IMG/VR virus record: IMGVR_UViG_3300038318_000302
DNA from: an uncultured virus (IMG/VR IMGVR_UViG_3300038318_000302)
Taxonomy: Duplodnaviria > Heunggongvirae > Uroviricota > Caudoviricetes
Direction: 5' to 3' (one strand)
DNA: 64,000 nt
Part shown: piece after piece, positions 40,713 to 51,989 of the stretch
Position numbering within the stretch: position 1 is the first letter of the stretch
How the letters are laid out: each line of letters begins with the position of its first letter
Notes under the pieces: model-generated
The model's database searches: none
Told to the model about the DNA's origin: nothing
Seen by the model: only the letters and a program-made list of their open reading frames with translations
Made by a program: the position numbers and the translations under genes

Positions 40713-41411
40713 CTATTCTAATCCCGTATGTCCATAACCGCCTGTTCCTCTTTCTGTTTTATCTAAATCTTTAACTTCTACAAAATTTACTTTTTGATAG
40801 TCGGATATAACCATCTGTGCAATTCGTTCTCCTTTTTTAATTGTAAATTGATGATTGGAGAGATTAACTAATAAAACCTTTATCTCTCCTCTATAATCTG
40901 AATCTATTGTACCAGGACTATTTAATACCGTAACACCAAATTTTAATGCTAACCCTGAACGAGGACGTATCTGTGCCTCTAAACCTTCCGGAAGAGCAAT
41001 AAATAAATCTGTTGGAATAAGTCTTCGTTCTAGGGGATAAAGAATTATATCATCTTCTATATTTGCCCTAATATCCATCCCTGCACTTCCTAATGTTTCA
41101 TACTTAGGAAGTTTTTGTTCTCCTCTATTTACAATTTTAACATCTTTTTCTAATTTTATATTTAATATAAAAGAAGCAGAAATCTTTCTATATTCTTCAT
41201 TAACACCTTCCTCTTCGTGTCTCCCACATCCATATAGCAAATATCCATCTTTTTCAATATAAAGGAATGGAGCATTTTTATGTTGTATATTTTTTCCTTC
41301 CTCTTTCCAAGAATATCCGATACTAAACAGCTTCTTTTGAATTTCTTCACTATTATCACTAATACATACCTTTGTATCGTCTAATAATTTTCTTGCCTCT
41401 TCCTTTGTCAT
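40713..41411 (-). CDS. dut: Trimeric dUTPase with N-terminal extra domain
   Basis: 'AGMDI', 'RPRSGLA', '[10 protein letters not shown]', 'ERIAQ', 'RG.GGYGHTG'. Confidence 0.93.
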   Translation of the reverse strand: MTKEEARKLLDDTKVCISDNSEEIQKKLFSIGYSWKEEGKNIQHKNAPFLYIEKDGYLLYGCGRHEEEGVNEEYRKISASFILNIKLEKDVKIVNRGEQKLPKYETLGSAGMDIRANIEDDIILYPLERRLIPTDLFIALPEGLEAQIRPRSGLALKFGVTVLNSPGTIDSDYRGEIKVLLVNLSNHQFTIKKGERIAQMVISDYQKVNFVEVKDLDKTERGTGGYGHTGLE

Positions 41412-42081
41412 AATATTATTTTATAAAATTAATTGAAATATCCCAAAATAAAAATGCTAAATAAATCTGAAATTTAAGCTCTCCCTTTTCTACTTTTGTA
41501 AAAGTATAATAAAATTTTATAACGGGAATAATAAAAATGTCTATTCCTAAAAAATTTAAAGCTCTATCTTTCTCAATAGTAAACTCTTTATATGTTTTAA
41601 TTATCATCTTTTTCTATTTAAGATTTCAATAAATCCTGTAAATAATACTCCAATTCCTAAAATTATAATAGTCGGCATTGAATTGTTTTCAAATGAAACA
41701 ACCTTTCTTATTCCCAATATAATAACAATTAAGATAGAAATTATAAATATAAATAGCATTAATCTATTAAAATTTCTAAATTCTTTACTCATATAACTCA
41801 ATTTTCCTTTAATTTCTTAATTAATTTATCCGCATATTCTATAGATTCATTTACACATTCTTGATAATCATTATTAGCTAAAAGAGCATTTAAACATGAT
41901 TTAGCAATCTCATATCTTCGTTGTTCCCAATCTATAGATTTACTTTCTCCTATTACGGTTAATTCTTCTTTAGGATAAGTTTTACCGCCTTCGTCAATAT
42001 ATCCTAAGAACCATACTCCCTCTTTTACAGATGCATACTCCTTTACATCTATTATTTCTCCCGTTTTCTTAATCTTTGCTT

Positions 42082-42531
42082 TCATAATTCTATAAATTTT
42101 TTAATTATAAAATTTAAATCTTCAAAATCTTTATTTCTTTTATATTTCATTTTTTCTTTTAATATAGAATATACTCCAGCATATTTAATAGAATCTTTAA
42201 AAACAAAAGATCTTTTTAATTCTTTTACCAGCCAAACATTAAAAATAGTATTTCCCCATTTAAATTTATAATAATTTTGCAATGAATCTTTATATTCGTC
42301 ATTTTCTTCCTTTGGACAAGAAGCGCTTAAAAGTCTAAATTTATCCTTATAAGATTCATTACAAACCATTTCAATATCTACATCATGAGGATCTCTTCCT
42401 ATTGGAATATCTTGAACTTGTAATGCTAAACTTCCCACTACCATAAAATCAAAATCTAAAGATTTAAAATATTCTCTAAAACTTTTCAAATCATTTGTCA
42501 TATTGACAATATTAATTTCGTCTTTATTCAT
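42082..42531 (-). CDS. Nucleotidyltransferase-fold protein
   Basis: 'VVGSLAL' and 'HDVDI' (GS...DxD), C-terminal 'R.KD..DL'. Confidence 0.6.
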   Translation of the reverse strand: MNKDEINIVNMTNDLKSFREYFKSLDFDFMVVGSLALQVQDIPIGRDPHDVDIEMVCNESYKDKFRLLSASCPKEENDEYKDSLQNYYKFKWGNTIFNVWLVKELKRSFVFKDSIKYAGVYSILKEKMKYKRNKDFEDLNFIIKKFIEL

Positions 42532-42816
42532 AATATATTTTATTAAATTACAATATTCTGTTTAGCCTTATTCATTTCCTTTTCTATTTCTTCTTTTATT
42601 GCTTTTAACCCTGCTTCTTTTATTTTATCTGGAATTTCCATAGATAAAGAAACAATTTTCTTTTTCCCACTTCCCGCTTTATCTCTAAAAAAACAAAGAT
42701 GATTTTTATTCTTTTCTATGTCAGAAAAAATTTCTAATATAACTCTAAGTCTAATATATTCTTTTCGTTTGATAAAATCTTTATTTATTTTATCAAATTC
42801 TTCTGCTGTCATAATA

Positions 42817-43632
42817 TCAATATTTTATAATTTTTTCCATATATATCACATCCAGATCATTTATCTTATGGTATCCTCTTTTAGAATACCAATCTTCTAA
42901 ACTTTCTGAACATCCTAAAATAATCTTTTTTACACTATTAGTCTTTGCTACTTCTTCTGCTTTTGATAAAATAGACGTACCATATCCCTTACCATGTAAA
43001 TCATCATTAACATCTAAGTCATAGATATACGATTCATTACTTTGATAAATAACCATAGATAAATGAGAATAACCCTCTACATCTATAATGTGTAAATGAA
43101 TGTTATCTTCTGCATCCCTATGATTATTAATAACATATTGTGAAGAATTATTTTCAGGTATTCGATAATTATAAATTTTATTCCTTACTCCTTCTCGTCT
43201 AGCTATCGACGATAACATACACAAATCCCCAGAATTATCGCATTCAATAAACTTTGGTCTTTTTATAACATTTATATTCTTTCCATCATATTCAAGTAGT
43301 CCCCAATATTTTGGTATCTCTTTTAAAGATAATAAACCCTTTGGAACTAGATAATATCTAAAATTACCGCAAGCATTTTCTTTCTTCCGACATTTCTTTT
43401 CATTATCTCTCAAAAAATCACTTCTACTTGTTTTTACTTCTATTATATACGATAAAAATCCATTTGTTCCCCACACATCAGGATTTTCTATTCCAATAGT
43501 GACGAGTTCCACCGCTACTATCTTACAAGAATCTATCATACTTCCATCAGAAGTATATTTTATTTCTCCATTGTGTAGCCATTGGGCTCCCTTTTGACAT
43601 AATCTGTAATGTAAAGAATCAGTTTTACTCAT
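42817..43632 (-). CDS. MmcB-like PD-(D/E)xK domain fused to a GNAT acetyltransferase
   Basis: 'PDVWG', 'IEVKTSRSDFL.D', 'RYYLVP'; C-terminal 'V....HGKGYGT.IL...E' and 'WY.KRGY'. Confidence 0.7.
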   Translation of the reverse strand: MSKTDSLHYRLCQKGAQWLHNGEIKYTSDGSMIDSCKIVAVELVTIGIENPDVWGTNGFLSYIIEVKTSRSDFLRDNEKKCRKKENACGNFRYYLVPKGLLSLKEIPKYWGLLEYDGKNINVIKRPKFIECDNSGDLCMLSSIARREGVRNKIYNYRIPENNSSQYVINNHRDAEDNIHLHIIDVEGYSHLSMVIYQSNESYIYDLDVNDDLHGKGYGTSILSKAEEVAKTNSVKKIILGCSESLEDWYSKRGYHKINDLDVIYMEKIIKY

Positions 43633-45272
43633 TATTAATATATTATATAATCAATGATTTTAATAACCTTGATTATTTTTTATATTGAGTCTTTCTTTGT
43701 CTTTTCCAATTAGAATGAGATTTATATCTATTAATAAATCTATCAAAATAATCTACATACATAAGAACACTTTCTTTTATTAATTTTCTATAGTATGCAG
43801 AATTATCAATATTTTTAAGTTTTGCTCTAAAATAATTATTTTTACTCATAATAAAATTATTCCTCCAATAGATATAAATATTAAAATTACACAAATAATA
43901 CTTATAAGTATAGCATTGACAAAAGATATATGCGAATAATGATTATGAATCAATCCTAATATTTCAGAATAAATCACTTTTAATGAAAAGAATATTATAC
44001 ATCCCCAAAAAATAAAATTCAAAACCCAAGATATTATATTTATTGCTTTCATTTTATTTATATTTTTTAAGTTAGAAAAAATTTGTCTTGAAATTTCTTT
44101 AATAACTTTTCTAGATATTCTATTAGAAATTTTTTAAACTTCTTCTTTCGACATCATAGAATAAGGATCTTCGAATGCAACACTACTCATAATTAATCTA
44201 ATTTATGTATTTTCCAATCTTTTAAAAGATTTCTATAAAAGAAACGATAACTTTATAATCAATCTAATTTAATAGTCATAACAAAAGAATAAACTATAAA
44301 TTATTGTATATCATTAAAATCAATCATTTCACAATCTTTTATTTTTCCTTTATTCTCTTTTAATTCTTCATATTTACATAAAATCATATTCATTTTCTCT
44401 AATTCGTTCTGTATCTCTTCTTTAAGATCTTTTTTATTTTCTTTTTGTCTTATCTTATTAGCTAACATTAAAGCTGTTGATAATTCAACTAATACAGAAG
44501 AATTATCTGACAATAAAGACGCTAATGAACCTATCTCTAACGTTTTATTCCCATTATTTCCATATACGATTTTACCGTCAGAAGAACCATAAAAGATAAA
44601 ACAAAATTCTTCTTGATTATTAATATTATTAATTAAGTTTTCAATGTCCTCTTTCTTCATTATTCATAAAATTTTTAATATCTTTTCTAACTTCCTCTAA
44701 TGAGATAAAATGATCTTTTTCTAAAACATTTATTTTTTCCTCTATAAAATCTCTCATTTTATAAAGTTTATTTATAACTTTTGTCTTTTGTCCTAATTCT
44801 TCAACTTTTTCATCATATATAAATCTATATTCACAAGAAGATGGACTAAATCCAACTTGTTTTAAAGAAAAATCTGATTCAATAAATCTTGAAAGATATG
44901 TATTATCTATACACAAAAGACTATCATTTCTAATGTTTTCAGATCTTATTTTTTCAACTTTAATTATCCTCCCCATATAAGTAACAATTATATCATCATC
45001 AATTTCTATATTGAGAGGAACAAATAGCTTTTGAAAATATTCTATTCCATAAGATTCCTTTTTTGGAATTTCCTTATTATTAACGGTAATTACTTTTCCA
45101 TTATCGTGAATTGAATAAACCGTAACTTCTTTTGAAGAAATTATATTCTTATAAATTCTTCCCTCTTTTATTTTCATTCTTTTTCTTTTTTATTTTCGGA
45201 ACAGGAACATATTTTGTTTCTTTTTCAATTGTATCATAGGCTTTATTAATATTGTCTTCATAAGCCTTTCTT

Positions 45273-46766
45273 TTAATTTCTTCCATAATCAAATTTCCTT
45301 TTTAAATCGTCTATAAACTGAAATTCTTTCACATATATTAACGTTGATTTTGCTCTCGTAATAGCTACATATTTTAAATTTTGTTCTTGTTCTAACTGCC
45401 AATCTTGCGTAGCATACTTGCTTGGAATTAAATCTGGACAAAGAAAGAAAACCTTGTCATTTTCCAACCCCTTTGCTTTATGAATTGTGCTTAATAAGAT
45501 TCCCCTTATTTCATCTGAAAATATATTACTTATTAAAGTTTTTAATTTCTCAATGCTATTAACTTCAGACATTAAACATTCTATTACTTCAATTTTTTCA
45601 TTTAAGTCTTCCATCTTAGGATGTAATGAAGGATGACTTACTCCTCTTTTTGTCAATTTATTAAATAACTTATCTTTTTCATGAATTAATTCAGTAGATA
45701 AGCCTTTTAAGGTTTTACTTCCAGTCTTAGACACTAATGCTAATATTCCCTCTCCAATATCCTTTCCTCTAATCTTAGACTTAACTTTATTTTTCATTAA
45801 CCAAAGACAAGTCTGAACTAATGGTTTTAAATTTCTACATAAAATCCAATCTCCATCTTCTAACTCCATTAGACTTCCTTCTCTAACTATACCGTCCTTA
45901 GCATTTTTAGAATAAGATATTTCAGGAACAATATTCCTCGCTTCTAAAACAATATTTTTTGCACATCTATATGATACACTAAGAGGAAGATTTAAAGAAT
46001 CTCCATTAATAGCAGATAGATTTGAATAACTATTAGCATCTGCTCCGCAAAAACCATAGATAGCCTGACGAGGATCTCCTACTGTTATCAATCTTCCTTT
46101 TCTATTTAGCGCATTTTTAATTAAGTTTTGTTGAGCAACTGAAAAATCCTGACACTCATCACAAAATACATAGTCATATTTACGTTGTCTAATTGTTCCG
46201 TCTACAATCGGTTGATAAATCATATCCATAAAGTCAAAATTTCTTTTGTCCTTATTCATAAGTTCAAAAACCTTTCTTGCTATCTTAGCATCCAAAGAAG
46301 AAACATTTAAATTATAATGTTCACTTATTTTATCAATATTTTCAGAAGAAGGCTCTAATAAATTACATCTCAATAAATCTACTATTTGAGTTATAATGTA
46401 AAAATACCATCCCTTTTTATTTTCATCTACCTTTGGAAAAAGTTTCATAGCTCTTTCAATTTTAGATAAAGATTTATTGGCACTTATTTTTGCATAAGAA
46501 CCGTATCTTGATAAAATACACCGCCATCCATAAGAATGAACAGTCATCACTTCTACATTTTCTCTTTGTTTTATTCTATCTTTTAATTCATTTACAACAG
46601 ATTTATTAAATGCTAAAAATAAGGCACTATTAGATTTTTTTACAAAATTTAGTAAATGTACGAGTACAGTAGTCTTACCACTTCCCGCAACCGCCGATAT
46701 ATTTATATTTTCATCTGTAGTTAAAAACGATCTATAGATTGCTTTTTGATATTTACTCGCTATCAT
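45273..46766 (-). CDS. UvrD/Rep-like SF1 helicase (paralog 2)
   Basis: 'AVAGSGKTT', 'DECQD', 'VGDPRQAIYGF', 'STIHKAKGLE', 'YVAITRAK'. Confidence 0.92.
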   Translation of the reverse strand: MIASKYQKAIYRSFLTTDENINISAVAGSGKTTVLVHLLNFVKKSNSALFLAFNKSVVNELKDRIKQRENVEVMTVHSYGWRCILSRYGSYAKISANKSLSKIERAMKLFPKVDENKKGWYFYIITQIVDLLRCNLLEPSSENIDKISEHYNLNVSSLDAKIARKVFELMNKDKRNFDFMDMIYQPIVDGTIRQRKYDYVFCDECQDFSVAQQNLIKNALNRKGRLITVGDPRQAIYGFCGADANSYSNLSAINGDSLNLPLSVSYRCAKNIVLEARNIVPEISYSKNAKDGIVREGSLMELEDGDWILCRNLKPLVQTCLWLMKNKVKSKIRGKDIGEGILALVSKTGSKTLKGLSTELIHEKDKLFNKLTKRGVSHPSLHPKMEDLNEKIEVIECLMSEVNSIEKLKTLISNIFSDEIRGILLSTIHKAKGLENDKVFFLCPDLIPSKYATQDWQLEQEQNLKYVAITRAKSTLIYVKEFQFIDDLKRKFDYGRN

Positions 46767-47085
46767 TTACACACTCCATTTAATCCAACTAAAATTAGAG
46801 CTAAATTCTACTCTTATTGATTTTTCATCTAACATAAGTTGATTGAATCTAGAAAGAAAATTTCTTTTATCTGTTGAAACATTCAATTTCAAAAAGTTTG
46901 TAATATTTACGCCCTCAAGTTGACAAAAATTTATTGAATCGCCGGATCCTGTAAAATCAGAAGTAAATTTATCAACCAGAAAATATAAACAACTTTTATC
47001 AGGGCAAATTATTTGTAATATTATATTTCCATCATTAATCAATAAATTTATTGAATTTTGATATAAATTGTAATTATCTTCCATT

Positions 47086-47709
47086 TTATAAAACCTTATT
47101 CTTTTTATAATATCTTATCATATTCTTAATGTGAGCTAAAGAATGCATATATCTACTATTCGTTATATTATTCTCTTCTAAAAAATCTGCTGTTTTTTGT
47201 CCTCTTAATCTACTTCTACAAATCTTCTTTTCTACATCATCAAATCTAAGATTGCTCATTAATAATTCCACAGTATAAATTTCTGAATTATCTCTTAATT
47301 TAGGATGTACTACTATTAACTCTGGAGTCAATTCTACCTTTTTCTCTTTTAAAATTTTTTGATACTTTCTATAAAAATTCCTTGATAAGCTTTTGTTAAA
47401 ATAATAATAGAATAGATTTTTATTCCCAATCTTAAATTTTAAGATACATTTATCCATCATTATATAACATTCTGTTATCAACTCGTCCTGAGAAGGAATT
47501 TCAGAAATAGAAGTAGAATTCAACAAACGAATGTAATTATAGATATTCTTATTTACAACATTCTGCATCATTTTAAAAATATATAGCTTATAACCATTTA
47601 TCGTGTTTTCATTTCTATGTCCATATCTTATACGCAAGATACAAATGTTTAGAAATTCCTTTTTAAAATAAAATTTTTTTTTACTAAAAAGTCGCTGTTG
47701 TAAATCCAT
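47086..47709 (-). CDS. Sigma-factor-like protein
   Basis: Region 2-like 'DELITECY....KCI.KF......FYYY' and a C-terminal HTH-like segment. Confidence 0.5.
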   Translation of the reverse strand: MDLQQRLFSKKKFYFKKEFLNICILRIRYGHRNENTINGYKLYIFKMMQNVVNKNIYNYIRLLNSTSISEIPSQDELITECYIMMDKCILKFKIGNKNLFYYYFNKSLSRNFYRKYQKILKEKKVELTPELIVVHPKLRDNSEIYTVELLMSNLRFDDVEKKICRSRLRGQKTADFLEENNITNSRYMHSLAHIKNMIRYYKKNKVL

Positions 47710-47724
47710 ATAAACACTAATTTA

Positions 47725-48051
47725 TCAAGATTTCTTAAATTGTCTTACAGATTCATGAAGTAAATATTCCTTTTTTTCTTTTATTTTTTTTTCATAATGT
47801 TCATGGCTTCTTTTCTTTAAAAGATCTTGCTTATCTTTGATAGACATACCGTTAAATCGTCCTATATTTATATTCTTTTCTGAAAGCGGTATATTTTCAT
47901 CTTTATTTATAAAATCTCGAATACATCCGCATTCCGGACATCTTTGATGTTCTCCTATCAATTTATCACCTTTATAAATAAAACTTTCATTGAAAAATTC
48001 ATCTTCTTTATTAAAGAGCTTACACTCTTTATTTCTGCAAACATATTTCAT
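47725..48051 (-). CDS. Zinc-ribbon protein
   Basis: 'C....C' and 'CPECG'. Confidence 0.6.
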   Translation of the reverse strand: MKYVCRNKECKLFNKEDEFFNESFIYKGDKLIGEHQRCPECGCIRDFINKDENIPLSEKNINIGRFNGMSIKDKQDLLKKRSHEHYEKKIKEKKEYLLHESVRQFKKS

Positions 48052-48532
48052 ATCCTTCTTGTTTCACCCCATATTTTAATATTAATAAAGCATCAGAAAT
48101 ACATAATGTAACTTTTACATCAGGAAATAGTTTTTGAGCTTCTATCTTTAATTTATTTTTCCATTCTGTCTTCGTTTTATGACCTCTTACGCCAAGAGAT
48201 AATGACTTCATCCATCTTGCAGGAATAACTTCATTGTTAGGAATCTTTAGACTTAAAAGAGCCATTTCTAACCATCCAAATCCCTTCCCAAAATTAAACA
48301 TTGCACTACCTCCCATGCCAGGAAGACCGCCTACCTTTTCGAGATAACAGACACTATTATATTTATAAATTCTCAAAAAACCGAGAAGATCCTGAGGAGC
48401 TTCTGGCATCTTTACGACTTCTATTAGTCTACGTTTATCAATAGAATAAACGGCAATACCGCCAGCTTTCCCAGGATCTATTCCTATTAACTTCCTGTCT
48501 TTAAAAAATCTTAATCTTTCTTTATTGTCCAT
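48029..48532 (-). CDS. RuvC-like Holliday junction resolvase
   Basis: 'IGIDPGKAGG', 'LEKV', 'FNFG', 'P..W', 'DALLI'. Confidence 0.85.
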   Translation of the reverse strand: MDNKERLRFFKDRKLIGIDPGKAGGIAVYSIDKRRLIEVVKMPEAPQDLLGFLRIYKYNSVCYLEKVGGLPGMGGSAMFNFGKGFGWLEMALLSLKIPNNEVIPARWMKSLSLGVRGHKTKTEWKNKLKIEAQKLFPDVKVTLCISDALLILKYGVKQEGYEICLQK

Positions 48533-49027
48533 ATTTTAACATTAGATAGTCCTTTTAATAATTGTATAATGAAAATTATTATTTATGGAATAAAAATAAT
48601 ATATGCTGATTAATTTTTTAATTTTTAAATTGATTAATAATTTTATTAACTATGCTAAAATTATTTTGTTTTTAATTGATTATAATTCGGATTATTTTTT
48701 CTGTTACTCAAATAGCATTCTTTTAAATCTTTTGAATTAAAACTATCAGGAATATATTTTTTTATTATATAAACTCCAGGCTTGGATGTTGATAATAAAA
48801 AACCTCCTCCTCTTAATGAATTCCTAACATCATCTATCATTACAGGATAAGTCACCTTATCTAGATATCTATCCTTCTTAACTTCAATTTTTTTGTGCGT
48901 TGAAAAACCGTCTTTATCAAAACATTGTAAAATTTCATATCTAGATATTTTATCATTCAATTTTCTATTATTTATAATTTTCTTAAATTCGTTCAATATC
49001 AAAAATCTTTTACTTAATAGCATAATC

Positions 49028-50896
49028 TTAATTATTTATTATTTTACTTATTCCATCTTTCTTTTCAACTCTCAAAATATTTGAAAAAATAGAAGTATCT
49101 TCTACATTTTGAGTAATCATAAGAATAGTTGTCTTCAATGAATTTAATGTCTTAATAACATTCAAAGTTCCCTCTGCATCAATAAATCCAAGACTTTCAT
49201 CTAAAAGTAATAAATTAAGACCTCTTCCATTTGAAGACATATTTATTAAATGCTGTATGCCTAATATTCCCGCTATATTTATTCTATCTCTTTCTCCCCC
49301 ACTCATTCCCATAAAAACTTTAGCGTTCATACCATTATTCATGACTTTTATGTCAATCTTCTCTCTAACACTCTTATCTTTTAAGATCTTATAACCATTA
49401 ATCTCCACAGAAAGATTTGAATTAAACTTTCTGAGATAAGAATTTGTTATTCCTTCTATTATTTTTACTGCATTATTAGCTAAATAAGTCATAAATCCAT
49501 TTTTGCCCATGTAATATATCCAAAAATTAACCATGTCTAAATTATGACTATTTCCTTTTATCCTTTCATTGATATCTTTTATATCATTTTCTTTTTGTTT
49601 TATTTTCTTATCTAGCTCCTCAATAATTTTAAAATTATTATTGTTTTTCCTTGTTTCTTCTATTTTATTTTTAAATTTTTCAATTGAAGATTCACAACTT
49701 TTAATATAATAATCAATACTAGATATTTTATCTTTTATGCTTTTTTGCTTAAAATCTAATGAATCTAAATCTTCCTTTCTCCTATCATTTAATCTTATAT
49801 TCTTTTTTATTTCATTCAATTGTAAATCTATTGATTTTATCTTTTTAGATATATCTTTATTTTCTTGTTCTGCCGCTTTTTTTGCTTCTTCTGCTTCTTT
49901 CTTAGACAAATTTAAATTATTGTCTAACATAAATTCATGCCCACAATTAGGACATTCAACTGTACTATCTAATGCTGATTTAATTTCTCGAAGAACAGAC
50001 TTATTCTCATCAAACATTTTAGATAACTTCTCTTCTTTCTCTTCTAATTCCTTTTTATTATTCTTTAATACACTATCATCTTGAATTTCTAAATTCAAAT
50101 CTTTTATCTTATCCTTTATATCAGATAAATTTGAATTTAATTCATCTTTCTTTTTATTATTATTAACAATTTCATTCTCTTCATTATCTATGTTATCATT
50201 CAAATCCTTTATTGCTTCTTCATCACTTAAAACTTTTGTCTGTATTTTTTGTTCCTTAAAAAAATCTAACTTCTCTTGTAGAGAAGAAAGTTTAGCGTTT
50301 AATTCTAGTGATGCGGAAGATAAAATTTTTTGTTTCTCACTCAAATTATTTAGTACAGGATTTATCATATCCGCACTTGTAATTCTATTCAACACTTCCT
50401 TTTTCTCAACATCTCCAGCAGTAAAAAATGTATAATTATTATCCTGTGATATAATGAAATATCTTAACAAATCTTCTCTACCTATTCCTATCAAATCAAA
50501 GATTCGTTTATTAGCTTCATTAACAGAAGTAACCTGTTTATTTTGTTCTCCATTTTCAAATATAGCAACCTTTGCACTATGATTTCCTCTAAAGAATTTT
50601 CTTTCAATCTTTAAAGATTCTTTTAAGACAGGATTTTCCAATTCAAATTCTATATAACACGACTCAGCATTATCATTTATAAAAGACTCTTTATCAACCT
50701 CGTCTCTCAATGGTTTATTGGTAAGAGCTATTGCAATGGCTTCAAATATAGTTGTTTTCCCAGCACCATTATTATTACTATCGGCAGCATCTTTGTTAAC
50801 ACCAGACACCACCGTACAAATTCCATTATTAAATTCATACTCACTATCAATATGAGCAAACAAATTTTGAAATTTTATTCTTATGGGATTCCACAT
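49028..50896 (-). CDS. sbcC: SbcC/Rad50 (gp46-like) ATPase
   Basis: 'NGAGKTT', coiled coil with 'CPNC' hook, 'MSGGE', 'LLLDE'. Confidence 0.92.
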   Translation of the reverse strand: MWNPIRIKFQNLFAHIDSEYEFNNGICTVVSGVNKDAADSNNNGAGKTTIFEAIAIALTNKPLRDEVDKESFINDNAESCYIEFELENPVLKESLKIERKFFRGNHSAKVAIFENGEQNKQVTSVNEANKRIFDLIGIGREDLLRYFIISQDNNYTFFTAGDVEKKEVLNRITSADMINPVLNNLSEKQKILSSASLELNAKLSSLQEKLDFFKEQKIQTKVLSDEEAIKDLNDNIDNEENEIVNNNKKKDELNSNLSDIKDKIKDLNLEIQDDSVLKNNKKELEEKEEKLSKMFDENKSVLREIKSALDSTVECPNCGHEFMLDNNLNLSKKEAEEAKKAAEQENKDISKKIKSIDLQLNEIKKNIRLNDRRKEDLDSLDFKQKSIKDKISSIDYYIKSCESSIEKFKNKIEETRKNNNNFKIIEELDKKIKQKENDIKDINERIKGNSHNLDMVNFWIYYMGKNGFMTYLANNAVKIIEGITNSYLRKFNSNLSVEINGYKILKDKSVREKIDIKVMNNGMNAKVFMGMSGGERDRINIAGILGIQHLINMSSNGRGLNLLLLDESLGFIDAEGTLNVIKTLNSLKTTILMITQNVEDTSIFSNILRVEKKDGISKIINN

Positions 50897-50897
50897 T

Positions 50898-51989
50898 TTA
50901 CAGATTTTTTATTAAGTTAACACCATATCTCATCTTTTCCCCTCCTATCTTTTGAGATGCACAAAATCGAATAAAATCTTTAAAAAGAGATTTTTTATCA
51001 TAACAAAGTGCATCTTTTGATAAAGCGTTATCTACCGCATCATCCTCTTCAACACTTTCAAATCTACAATCTAGTCCCTTCTTAGACAATTCTGAAACAT
51101 TTATCTTATCGGCATCTACTTTCTTTCCTTGGAATACAATTCTAATATGATCATATTTCTCCCCCTCATATTTTTCAATTATATTCCTTATACTTTCTGA
51201 ATCTGAAACATTTACTTTTTCCTTTATATACTTCGGAAACTTTGAAGAAATATGCTTTATTGAAGCATCATTATATATTATAGTAAATCCCTTATCTGTT
51301 ATTGTCTCTCCAAAATTATTCTGATAAGCTGATCCAGTATAAATTACATTATTAGCAATCTTGCTAGCGTTATGATAATGTCCGATTAATACTTTACTAA
51401 AATCTTTAAATAAACTCGGCTTAATAATGGATTTAACCTTACTACCATCATTATTCATAACTCCATCAAATCCGGAATGAGTTATTAGTATTAATTTAGC
51501 ATTTGAATTTATATCTCCATCTGTTTCACAAGAATCAATCAAATCTAATAATTTACTATATTCTTTCATCCACTTTTCATCATTAAAAAATGGAATAAAA
51601 CAAATTACTAGATCTTTATCTATTATCTTCAATCCTGCCTTTCTGTATAAATGTATATTAGGATTGGAATATACATCTAAATAGCTTGAATAATCATCTT
51701 CATTCGTTTTATCATGATTGCCAGGAATTAAAAATAATTCTAATTTTTTACTAAAACATTCTTTTACTATATCATTCCAAGTAATTAGACAATCTAAAGG
51801 TTGACCGCTCCTACTCGTAAAAATATCTCCACCGATAAGAATATTACTTATATCATATTCTTCGCATATGTTCTCAATCTGATGAAAAATATCTCTTACA
51901 AGTTCTCCATTATCTTTATTTAAATGTATATCATTGACTAATAAAGCAATAGGTCTATTTTGTTTATTATTCTTCATCTTCGTCTTCAT
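50898..51989 (-). CDS. sbcD: SbcD/Mre11 (gp47-like) nuclease
   Basis: 'DIH', 'GGDIF', 'PGNHD', 'GHYH', 'GS.YQ.NFGE'. Confidence 0.9.
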   Translation of the reverse strand: MKTKMKNNKQNRPIALLVNDIHLNKDNGELVRDIFHQIENICEEYDISNILIGGDIFTSRSGQPLDCLITWNDIVKECFSKKLELFLIPGNHDKTNEDDYSSYLDVYSNPNIHLYRKAGLKIIDKDLVICFIPFFNDEKWMKEYSKLLDLIDSCETDGDINSNAKLILITHSGFDGVMNNDGSKVKSIIKPSLFKDFSKVLIGHYHNASKIANNVIYTGSAYQNNFGETITDKGFTIIYNDASIKHISSKFPKYIKEKVNVSDSESIRNIIEKYEGEKYDHIRIVFQGKKVDADKINVSELSKKGLDCRFESVEEDDAVDNALSKDALCYDKKSLFKDFIRFCASQKIGGEKMRYGVNLIKNL

